Below are positions 39,896 to 51,000 of a stretch of DNA of 64,000 nucleotides, one piece after another (positions within the stretch are counted from its first letter, which is position 1; each line of letters opens with the position of its first letter). The notes under the pieces were generated by a model. It saw nothing but the letters and a program-made list of their open reading frames with translations. It was not told the DNA's origin and searched no databases. The stretch covers positions 248,001 through 312,000 of the forward strand of contig NW_026931531.1 of assembly GCF_032062105.1 (NCBI RefSeq), read 5' to 3'. This DNA is from Saccostrea cucullata (Eukaryota). A program made the position numbers and the translations under genes.

Positions 39896-40894
39896 CTAAC
39901 TATGAGAATTACGATCCCGATTTAAAAGTATTCATTCATTAAAAATATTGACAAAGCTGAGAAGACAACACGTATGCCTTTGGTTATACATTCTGTTGCC
40001 AAAATACATTGACTCAGGATATTTAACAATGGTAAAATATATGGTTTATCATTGCTGGATGATTTTATTAAATTTTAGGCCATCTGCGGTTAGGTACAAA
40101 CCATACGGCATACCAGAAAAGACCAGCTAGCACGTGTTTAGCTTTAAATAAACGCTTTATAAATATTTTATTGATCAAAGGTTATGAAGATAACATTCCT
40201 CTGTATCCAGGATTTTTGTAAAGTGACTGACTTATAATAATACGGACGTGGACATAAAATAATACGATACTAGCTTTATTTTTATGACACCCTGTAGGCA
40301 CAGTCTGTTCAGACTGTTGGTATATTTGGACAGAGTAAATGATCCAGTACCAGGAAGCGCGTTACTCATGTTACTGTTAGTTAAACATGAAAGTAAACAC
40401 GATGTCAGATGACCCCAAAAACCAAACAGTCAATGTGATAAGAGGTTTGCACAGAGCGGACTACAGAAGCATTGTCAGGTAACGTCAGCTAGTGCTTAAT
40501 ACAGGGTATGACATCTCCTAGTTGTTAGTTGGTAGCAAACTGGGTTATTTTCTTTCAAGAAAAATTGTACTGCCCTTTTTACGCAGTAAATACTTCTAAG
40601 ACAAAATCTTTTAGAAGGGTGTTTCAACAAGAAGTTGTCCAGACCTTATGTCAACATGATCAGGTGGCATCATTACTTGATTTGGTAGTCTTTTATTTTC
40701 AGGTTATAGTTGAATGCTTGCTGAGCAGTTATGGTGCAAAGTTTTACACTTACTGGTGCACCAAAGAAAGAAAATGAAATATTCTAGAGAGCAATGCAAT
40801 GCAAACTAAGTCAGAAAGTGTGTTTAAAGGGGAATAACTCTTGATAGACTCCTGAGAGAATGATTGATGGTCCCTTTGTATTGCAGGTGCAGAA

Positions 40895-43800
40895 ATGTCT
40901 ACCCCAGTTACAGAGGCTGCTAACCCAATCACAAAGAACATAGATGTAGCCAGTCCATTAGGTACATGTAAACACTAATTATCAGTTTGCTGTGCCTTAT
41001 CAACAGTACCTGACATTGTTTTAAAGTACATTTTTTCTCTTTCATTTAGATATAGTTTCTTTGCTTCACAAATGTGATCAAGAAATATTTGAAGGTTGGA
41101 ACCAGTATAAAGTAAGTTGCAAATAATTTCTTATATGTATAATAATACAGCATTGGAATTTATATTTAACGCCTTAACGTTTAGGAGACATATATTAAAG
41201 GTATTAGAAAAATTTCTCATGATAAATGTCAAGTTCTTGAAATGTTCTTTATTTTCAGAATTTATTTGATGCAGATGTGTTGGCAACCTTAGACAAATTA
41301 ATTAGTGTTGCAGCCTCTATTATTGAGGTTTGTTTAGCAAGTTTATCACATAGATCCCTTGTCATTGAAATACATTTATTTTTACCAATAACATTCTCTA
41401 TTTGATTGACTTTATCTCAAAATGGAGGATCCTGAACAAAATGTTGAATGCATAACATGACTGAATTTTATTTTTCAGAATCCTGCTACAGGTGCTATAG
41501 TATTAAGTGGCTGTGGAACATCCGGCCGGATTGGTTTTATTACGGCAGTAAGTTAACTTGTTCCATTATTATGAGAATTCCAATGATGACTATTTAGAGA
41601 TGATGACAGCTGTCACTCTTTGTTACAGAGGACTTTCAATGCAAAGCTGTGTGAATTGTCCAGACTGCCATGTTTCAAATACCTTATAGCAGGGAGAGAC
41701 AAGTAAGAACGCCACATACAAATGGACAAGGAACCATTATTAGTTCATTGGATTTTCACTGTGATCTATAATAAATCTTGTCATTTCATTTTTATATCAT
41801 AACAAGGACTCTAATTTCTAGATGTAGATTCCCTTTATTTACCTGATTGTAATTATTTTCTGTGTTGGATTCAGAGCCCTGTTTACTTCCCAAGAGGCCC
41901 CCGAAGACGACCCACAATGTGGAGTGGAAATGCTGAAGGAGGTCTGTATATAGAGTCAGCTACATGCTTTAAAATATAAGGACCATTGTTTTGTAATCCA
42001 ATGTAAAATTCTTGATTTATTGCCAGGCAACAGTTGGGAAGAAGCATGTGCTCTTTATTGGCATAACATGTGGGTTGTCTGCCCCTTTTGTGGGAGGACA
42101 GCTTCAGTATTGCTTGGACAACCTAGATGTGTTCACACCTGTAGTTCTAGGATTCAATCCCACCCATCAAGCAAGGTAAAGTCAGGTGATATCTGGATAT
42201 CTAGATGTGTTCACACCTGTAGTTCTAGGATTCAATCCCACTCACCAAGCAAGGTAAAGTCAGGTGATATCTGGATATCTAGATGTGTTCACACCTGTAG
42301 TTCTAGGATTTAATCCCATCCATCAAGCAAGGTAAGGTCAGGTGATATCTGGATATCTAGATGTGTTCACACCTGTAGTTCTAGGATTCAATCCCACTCA
42401 CCAAGCAAGGTAAGGTCAGGTGATATCTAGATGTGTTCACACTTGTAGTTCTAGGATTCAATCCCATCCATCAAGCAAGGTAAGGTCATATGATATCTAG
42501 ATGTGTTCACACCTGTAGTTCTAGGATTCAATCCCACTCCTCAAGCAAGGTAAGGCCAGGTGATATCTAGATGTGTTCACACCTGTAGTTCTAGGATTCA
42601 ATCCCATCCATCAAGCAAGGTAAAGATTAGCTGAGAGAAATTAAACAGCTGTGAATTAAGTGCTACAGGCACAAAAAAATATTTTTTGAAGCTCATTCTC
42701 CTTTGCTTGTTGTTGAAGTAATGTCAATGTTCTGGACTGCATATGAAAACAAAATTGGTGTTGTGTGACCATGTACTCTTTTTTCTCTTCTTTTAGAAAT
42801 AATCCAATAGAAAAATGGGATTCCACTTTTTTACAAGGCAAGTTTTAAGCGAAACATGTCAGACAAGCTATCCGTTGTAGATGATCACCAGAAACAACCC
42901 AAATCTGAATAGAATTTAGAAGAAATTGGTAATTAAGGTACAAGTGGTTGTCACAATATTTTTTTTTCCTTGCAGTGGTGAACAAAATGGAAGAAATGAA
43001 AGCCTCCTCTAAAGTGTTTATCCTGAATCCTGTTGTGGGGGTATGATATTTCTAAGTGTAAACAAACCTGTGTTTCTCAGAAATAACATATTGCAAATTA
43101 AAGCATTAATTTTTCAGTTTATTCGTTTCTTTTTTTATCTTAGCCAGAGCCCATCACTGGATCTAGTCGAATGAAGAGTGGGTCAGCAACGAAAATCCTT
43201 TTGGAGACAATTTTTGCCGGTGCTACATTGTCCGTTCTGCCTGTGGAGAGACCTTGGTAAGTACTTGTGTATTCATCTGGATGAAACATGCTAAGGATTC
43301 ATTACTTATTGTGAATTGTAACTGGTCCTTGTTTATTCAATTTGTTGGTTCTGAACTGTTAACGATAGCTTTTAGTTAATGTTTATATGAATGATTTTTT
43401 AGGCAGACAGAACCCTTCCTTAGGTGCTATCAAGCTGTATGTAATCATATTTATACCAAAGAAAACACAACAAATATTGCTCAGATGGTAGAAATGGCAG
43501 GAAATAGGTATGTATTCAGTACTGGAATTAAATTACCAGTATTTAAATAAATGATTCCTCCAAAATAATGACTTTATTTTTTCTCCAGTTTAAGGTCTAA
43601 CGGCAGTATATACTACGTGGGTGAGGACACGCTAGGAATCATGGGAATGATTGATGCTTCGGAATGTCCCCCTACTTATGGATCTTGTTAGTTTCTCTTC
43701 TCTCACAATTTTCTTAGGTAAATTTTCTTGATAAGAATTTTTTCGTGGGCCATAGAATTTTACAAGATAACTTGAACTATTTTAGCTCTTTCGGATGTTA

Positions 43801-46607
43801 GAGGATTTTTGGACCAAGGCTACAAAGCTTTCAGGAACAATGATGGAGACCTCAGCTTACTGGTGAGTTCATCTTTAATAGCCATTCTCTGTAAGCTTTT
43901 AAACTCTTAGTGTGTATAGGTGTATGCAGGTAAATGTTTCAGATAAATTTAAAAATGTTACAAAATTATAAGATTTTCATAAATGCAACTTTTAAAAATA
44001 GGTCAAAAATCTCTAAATTAAAAATTAAATGTGGATGTTTAATCACCATGCTTACCTATCCATGCCCTACCTTTTTGCAAAAATTTGATTTTTTTAAGCT
44101 CTTGTAAATTTTACATAATTTTTTTATGTAAGAATTGTTGTGCAATAACCTTGAACTTAGATCATTTAGAAAATCAATGCCAATGACATTTTCATTATTA
44201 TGAATTATAACCTCAATATTTTACACTCCTAGGTAGAGAATTTGGTTGCTTAATTAATTGTTTTTAAATATTTCCTTATTTATTTTCAGGGTAAACACTT
44301 TCAGATATCATATAACGATATGAAGAAGGACATTCTACCTTTTGTGAAGCCCTCTGATCTAGTCATTTACTTATCTCAGAGTAAGTACTTGTCACTTTAA
44401 GGAAGCTGAAAATATATTTTTTAATTTTATTTAAAATGAATGTATTTTGCTGTAAGGTAAAAGGAAAAATGACTTTGAAGATAAAGTTTCCAAATTATAT
44501 TCAAGTAGTATTGTACATGTACACTTAACCTATAAGGAAAAAGAATTATTCCAATCTAAACTTAATTTGCTTATTTATTGAGAAAACAGCTTTTACTTCC
44601 ACCTTTAAGATGAAAAAAAACTTTGCCTTTTTTATTAAAATCAGAATGTTTTAAAGTTACAAAAGCAAAAAAGCATAATATACACCTACCGGTAGTTCAA
44701 AAATTCACAATATCTTATACCGTAAATCTGGAAATTTTTGCCGTAGATTAATTTTTAGCAAAGTTGCGAGTTCATTGCATTCGCAAAAATATTTTTCTTA
44801 AAAATAAATTACCATAAGAAAATGTGAACAAGCAGTTGTCATTTACAAAATGTTGAAACGTAAAAATTAATCAACGGTATTTTGACCCGAATTCGCAAAA
44901 TAAAATCGACGTAAAAATTTCCAGATTTACGGTAATCACAAATGTCCTAAAAATTGTACATTTTTTAAAACATAATAGAAAATTCTTCATAAGATTTACT
45001 ACACTGTTTCATGATTTCTGAACTTCAATAAGACTTTGATAGCGATTTTCAATTTTATTTATCAAAATGTTTCCATGATGTTATCAAAAAGTTCTCCAGA
45101 TATTAACGTAAATTGTATATAGCCTTGGACATGTTCTGTATCAAATGAATTCTTAACTTTTTACATTGGAAGTGTATATTGTATGTTTTTCTTCATATAA
45201 ATGCCCAATACCTAGAAATATGGATTTTTCAGATGGTAAAATTGATGAAACAATGACAAAGTGCCACTGCAAGAAAGCCCTTATTTCTTTTGCCAATAAT
45301 TCCTCTACTGTAAGTATAATAAACTCATCTGAGCATGAAACATCTCATCCTGTAGTTTAACAATTCTCAATCTCTGTTTATTTCCTCATCTTCAGACAGC
45401 AGATTTTATGCTTATCATAAAAAAAACTCTTCAAACTTATTCAAACTTTTTGAATTCAATTCTTCATCAAACTGAAGTTTTTCTTTAATGACAAAGTTTT
45501 GAGTTTGTTTTGAATGATAGATGACTTTTCCAGAGTGATAAGATGGATGTTGAAGTTAAGATTTTGCTGCCAAGAGAGGAGTTAGTGTCCCTGATTGGCG
45601 AGGGTGCTGTGGACCAGTTCCTGATGTTGTTTGAGGAGATCAGCATTAAGTGGATCTGTAACGCCATCACAACAGGTGCACACATCCTCAAGGGGAAAGT
45701 CTTCCAGAACATCATGGTGGACCTCAAAGTCAGGTGAGCACAGTCTTCTACACAATATGTCAGGTTTCTGTTAAACTACCAGTACATGTTAACTTACACA
45801 CCTCGTATTTGAGTTAACTGAATTGCTCTTCACCACAACTGCTAATCAGTAATACATTGTACATAGAACTCCAATTTTTACAGGATTTACAGTCATGCAT
45901 TATGTAACAATTATGTTATATACAGTATATTGAATCTGAAAATTGACGTTATTTTGAATCATTGTCTAGTAAAGTAAAAAGTTGACATAATGAAACATTA
46001 TTTCTATTTCTGTTTCCAGCAATAACAAGCTTTTCCACAGAGCCATTGGCATTATACAGGTTTGTTTCTAACTCGTATCATTTGAAACAGTTTCATCTAG
46101 AGGTTTTATCAAATGTGTGAAAAACTGAAAATATTATTTAGAGAAAAAACACTTTCTTGCATGTGAAATGTCATTGAATTAATGTACAATGCTTCAGTCA
46201 GTGGCTCCTTTTTGCTGGTCCTACTTTATTACATTTCCTGTTTTAGAGGTTCTCAGGACTGTCCACAGAAGAGAGTAGGGATTACCTGCTCCAGTCTATT
46301 TATAGCACAGACAGCCTGACGGAGGATGTCAGAAGTTATAATATATCTAGTCATATAGAAACCGCTACACCTCTATATCAGGTACAGTATAACACATTGT
46401 GTATGTACCCTAAATCTGAAAATTTATGTCAATTTCTGCAAATTTTGGTCAAATTGGTATCTGTTAATTTTGTAGGTTGTACCTCGAGCTCTGCTGTCGG
46501 CCATTTTACACTGCAGTGTGTCAGAATCCCAGAAACTTTTAAACAATGAACCAGTGATACAAAGGGTTATATCTCAAACACTGTCGGGACTACAGAATAA
46601 CAAATAA
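40895..46607 (+). CDS. GCKR: Glucokinase regulatory protein-like (two SIS/MurQ repeats)
   Basis: Exons 40895-40961, 41050-41111, 41259-41327, 41479-41547, 41629-41702, 41875-41941, 42027-42175, 42797-42837 (GC donor), 42976-43040, 43144-43256, 43403-43507, 43589-43686, 43786-43862, 44290-44380, 45233-45309, 45534-45733, 46020-46059, 46247-46381 and 46476-46607. Motifs PVTEAANPIT, LSGCGTSGR, GITCGLSAPFV, GPEPITGSSRMKSGSATKILLE, DASECPPTYG, TTGAHILKGKVFQNIMVDLKVSNNKLF. A probable 5' UTR exon ends near 40478. Confidence 0.93.
42123..42625 (+). repeat. 78/70-bp array of the GCKR exon 7 end plus donor (7 copies)
   Basis: Unit CTAGATGTGTTCACACCTGTAGTTCTAGGATTCAATCCCAYYCAYCAAGCAAG|GTAARG. Donors at 42176 (functional), 42254, 42332, 42410, 42480, 42550 and 42620. 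Confidence 0.95.
44720..44932. mobile_element. Tc1/mariner-type MITE
   Basis: TIRs CCGTAAATCTGGAAATTTT / AAAATTTCCAGATTTACGG with TA TSD. Confidence 0.8.
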
Positions 46608-46950
46608 AACTGTTACATCTCAAACACTGTGGGGACTACAGAATAAATAAAACTGTTATATCTCAAACACTGTCAGGACTACAGAATAACAAATAAAATT
46701 GTTACATCTCAAACACTGTCAGGACTACAGAATAACAAATGAAACTGTTACATCTCAAACACTGTCAGGACTACAGAATAACAAATGAAACTGTTACATC
46801 TCAAACACTGTAACTACATGTGCAAACAGGTTTGAGATGTAACAGTTTCATTTGTTATTCTGTAGTCCTGACAGTGTTTGAGATGTAACAGTTTCACTTG
46901 TTACATGTATTCTGTAGTCCAAACAGGTGTGAGAGGTAACAGTTTTATCA
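46566..46950. repeat. ~46-bp array of the GCKR last codons, stop and AATAAA, followed by inverted copies
   Basis: TGTTACATCTCAAACACTGTCAGGACTACAGAATAACAAATAAAAC occurs ~6 times direct (46566-46812), then ~3 times as reverse complement (46829-46950). Confidence 0.9.
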
Positions 46951-47156
46951 AATGTGGATTACTTTAAAATTACATATTATACACAGGAAGATTTAAGGCC
47001 AGATAAATAGCTAAAAAGAATGGGTTGAACCTCTGGATTGTATCTGCTTCAGTAACAATTATGGAGCATCAGCTCATAATAAATTAATGGAACCCGGCCA
47101 GGACAACTTATTTCGAAAATTCTCTTTCTGCACATTTTAAAATGTGAACTTGCTTA

Positions 47157-47363
47157 CTGTATACAGGGTTATTTTCGCCCCATGGTATTTTCGCCCTTTG
47201 ACACTTGCAAACAATTTTGCCCCATTTTAAATTCGCCCAGTCATAGTTTTGTTTAAGAAATTATACTGTATTATTTGAGTTCGCCCCGTTTTAAATTCGC
47301 CCATATGAGGGTAGGGCAAAAGGGGGAAAAATAAAATGGGGGCGAATATTTCCCTGTATACAG
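47157..47363. mobile_element. Tc1/mariner-type MITE
   Basis: TIRs CTGTATACAGGG..ATTTTCGCCCC / GGGGCGAATATTTCCCTGTATACAG with TA TSD. Confidence 0.8.
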
Positions 47364-48080
47364 TATTACTGTTATAAATTCTTCATGAAGTGTACATCAT
47401 TTCAGTAGGCTTAATACTGGTACATTGTAGATATCAAAGTAAATAATGACTATGAAAATCTTTAAAACTTCTCCAATAACAATTTTATTTGAACTATAGT
47501 CTCTGTGGTCTGTATTTTTCAAGTGTTCTCCTCCATTTTGGGTACAAGATTTCTTGGGTATATGTTCTGCGGCATTATAGAACCACAGTGATATAAATTA
47601 TCCAACCATAACCAATCACTGCTCTGATCCTGATCATTGATTTTATGCATTCTTTGTTTGTTGATAAAATCCTTGCCAATTGATGGTGGTGGTGTTATTT
47701 TTCATAACATTCAGTGGGTTCAATATGTGTTCTGACATTCCAATTTACATGTAGTTAATTTAAAAAATGCATAATTATTTATACAGTATATCATTTTTAA
47801 ACTAAGAGGTAAAGATAACTGTTCAGGTATTTTGCAGAACAAATGATTTTCCCTAGTGGGTGTGAAAAATACATGTACATGTCATTGACTATAAAAGTAA
47901 ATAAAGTTCATGACTACCAAAAAAAAAAAAGGAAAAATTTGAATTGATACTACAATTTGTTTGGAAAACCTTTTGTGAGCTTTTAATTAATACATTCATC
48001 CATTATGTCATATATCATCATACACACAACCATGTTTGCTTGAATACCGGATATAAATTTAAATCAATGTCCAGGCTCAT

Positions 48081-51000
48081 TCATTCACAATGACTGTTAT
48101 TTGAAATTTCCTCATACAGGTATTGTATAAGAGCATCAATTCTACTTCTGTCTTTTTGGGTTATTGCCTGAATTTTAAAAAGTGCTCCTGATGTATCTTC
48201 CAAAAGTTTCATGGAATTACCCTGAAAAGAAAAAAATATAATAAATGCTTTCTCTTTGGAAAACCCATACACATTTTTGAATTACTAGCAATATGTTCAA
48301 TTCTTTAGATAAAATAGGTCAAATTTTGTGTTTTAAATACCAAATTATTCTATTGAATCAGTGAATGCTACACGATTATTATTCTTTTGAAAATATTGTT
48401 GAAAATATTGTCAGAATTTACCATATTTAGTTATCTGCTACTTAATTAATGTGATTGACATCATTTCCCCTTGCTCTCAAGATGACAAAACTTGCAAGGT
48501 TTATAATGATAGTAACTAAAGTACCCCGGTAAGAGGCATGTATCAGTGAAATACAATTTCTTAAACTATTCATAGAATAGATGCATTTATTACATTTTTA
48601 CCCGTGAAATACTGTAATTTATTCATTGAATAAAAATGATATCCTGTCACAGTGTGAAAGGATATCAAAATGATATCCTGTCACAGTGTGACGAATATCA
48701 GAAGTGCGGTAAAACTCTCGATTTCCCTTCCCATAACGAAGATTGCTGAAAAAAAATCTTCCTTGGCCTAATATAAGATAGATGGAAATAAATAAACCAT
48801 TCTGACAGCGAATAAAACTGTCAAAATTACCAAAAATATGTTGCCAAATTCATGTCTACAGTGTTTTCACCTCACTTAGCTATGACGTCTCAACCGCTCA
48901 ACTATGACGTCACCAGCCTAAGACTGTATTACAAAAAGACAGAGGCAAGGGAAAAATCAAAGAATTTTTTTTTTTAAATGTAATAAACAGGAAATTCAAT
49001 GTTTTGTAGTTGAATATGGAATTTATTTCACTCGTGAGACAGGATTTTTTGATATTCGCACTCGTGAAAATATCAAAAATCCTGTCCCACTCGTGAAATA
49101 AATTCCATATTCAACTACAAAGCATTGAATATCCTCTATATATTCATAATGAGGTTAATGTTATCTATGTGTAAGTACCATCTTTCAAATTTAAGGTTGT
49201 GCAAATTAATAATGACAATATGCTGGGATAAAATTTTCAGGATAAATACCAAGCTGTGTCCTCTAAAAGCTACCAAAATATCATTCTAGTTATCGATATT
49301 GCATTATGGCCCTCTTATCTAGAATCAGGACTCACCTTTGGGAAAGACAATAGTTTGAATCTCTCAGAGGGGTACATGATGGCACGATTGTCCCAGCTGA
49401 TCCCTATTACTTTGTTTTTCAGTCTCTCATATACAGATGCCAGGTATAAAGTTATCTTCCTGCGTTCCAACAAAATCTTCATGTTTTCTGAGCTGGTGAA
49501 ATCTAAGATATCCTGTAAAATCACCAATAATTATAGGAACTCTCCGAGAAATTGCATTGTTAAAAATAATTTTTCATTAATAGAAATTTTTTTTTGGTTA
49601 TACAAGTTTATGGTAGTACATGTATACAATGTTTCTATGAAACATATATGCGTATACAACATGGAACTGCTTCAGTGTATCTATTCATTAATTAATGTAA
49701 CTAAATACAGCTCATTTGCATTATATGTTTCTATCTGTAATTATTGACCATACTCAATGAAGTATACAGTAAATTGAAAAACTATCTTGGAGAATTAGAA
49801 TTTCCCTTTAATTAATTTTCAGTGGTATACTAACAATTTCAGGAGAAAGCAATGGTAGAAATATCTGATTATTGTACTAACCTGTTCAGGTGAAAGCAAT
49901 AGTAGGACATGCATGTGTATTTACCAGTTCAAGAAAGAACTGCTGTAGGACTAAATGGTTAACTAACCACTTCAGGAGAGAACTGTTGTAGGACTTTAGG
50001 ATTGTGTAGTATTTACCATTTCTGGAGAGAGCAGCAGTAGGACTTTATGGCTATGTACTCTGTAGGGATAAGAAGCTGCCAGAGGTAGAACCAGAGCTGC
50101 CCGGGACTCTCTCTCTCTCCTCAGAATCTTCTGTAATGTAGCTTCATTGATAGACTTCACATCCATCAAGTATCTACAATCATATTATATATGTGAATTA
50201 CTTCAGGATGACTGTCAACCTCATTAATATTCAAGCTTTATTCCTCTTTTTATGAGAAGTGTATATTACCTGTCACAGAAAAATGAGAAATTAATCTTAA
50301 ATCATTATGAGTCTTTCTACAATGAGTTTTCAACTTTTAAAATCGATTTTCATAGTCATCTGAGTTTTTGAAAACTATTGAAATTTTAGTAAGAACATTT
50401 GTATTGTAATATCAAGTTTAGAGTAATGATTTACAAAGCTCTGAAACACTGAGAATGCTATCAGCAGGAAGTATCCATTTATAAAGTTGAATACAAAGTG
50501 TTGAAGAGAACAGATCAAATTCACATTGAAGGTCAATTTAAAAAAATTTTTTACTGTGGAATCAAGAAAACTTTTATGGGCCAATTTTGTAGATTGCGAT
50601 AACTTTTCAGGTTCAAGGGGACATAATTTTGTGTATTAACTGATAACTACAACAGGATAATGACTCATTTTATAGAACGTTCATAACCCAGTATAATTTT
50701 GTTGAGGATGTAAATTCTTCGATGCAGGGTACCAACAAATTTCACAAATATTGAGCCACCGCAAAATCTTAGAAATCTAAGAATTCCACAATAGATGATT
50801 TGCCCTCATCACTTTGTATTTATTTATGATGTTACTGGAAATAGTACTACCGGTACTATGAACACTTTCTTGCCAACTGAACCAAATTCAAAAAAATTGA
50901 AAAGTATGGTCATGGACATAGGGAAGCTGAAGGTCAGAAGTTTTTGATTCAGTGCTTACTGAGCAGGTTCTGTTGTGTCCTTACTGTCGTAGATCATAAC

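Noticed and set aside
40402-40478. Upstream ATG exon as the GCKR N-terminus
   Set aside because: It ends in phase 2, while the 40887 acceptor needs phase 1. Treated as 5' UTR/uORF.
49256-49747. 163-aa plus-strand ORF
   Set aside because: Antisense to a VWD-gene exon plus AT-rich intron, with no recognisable motif.
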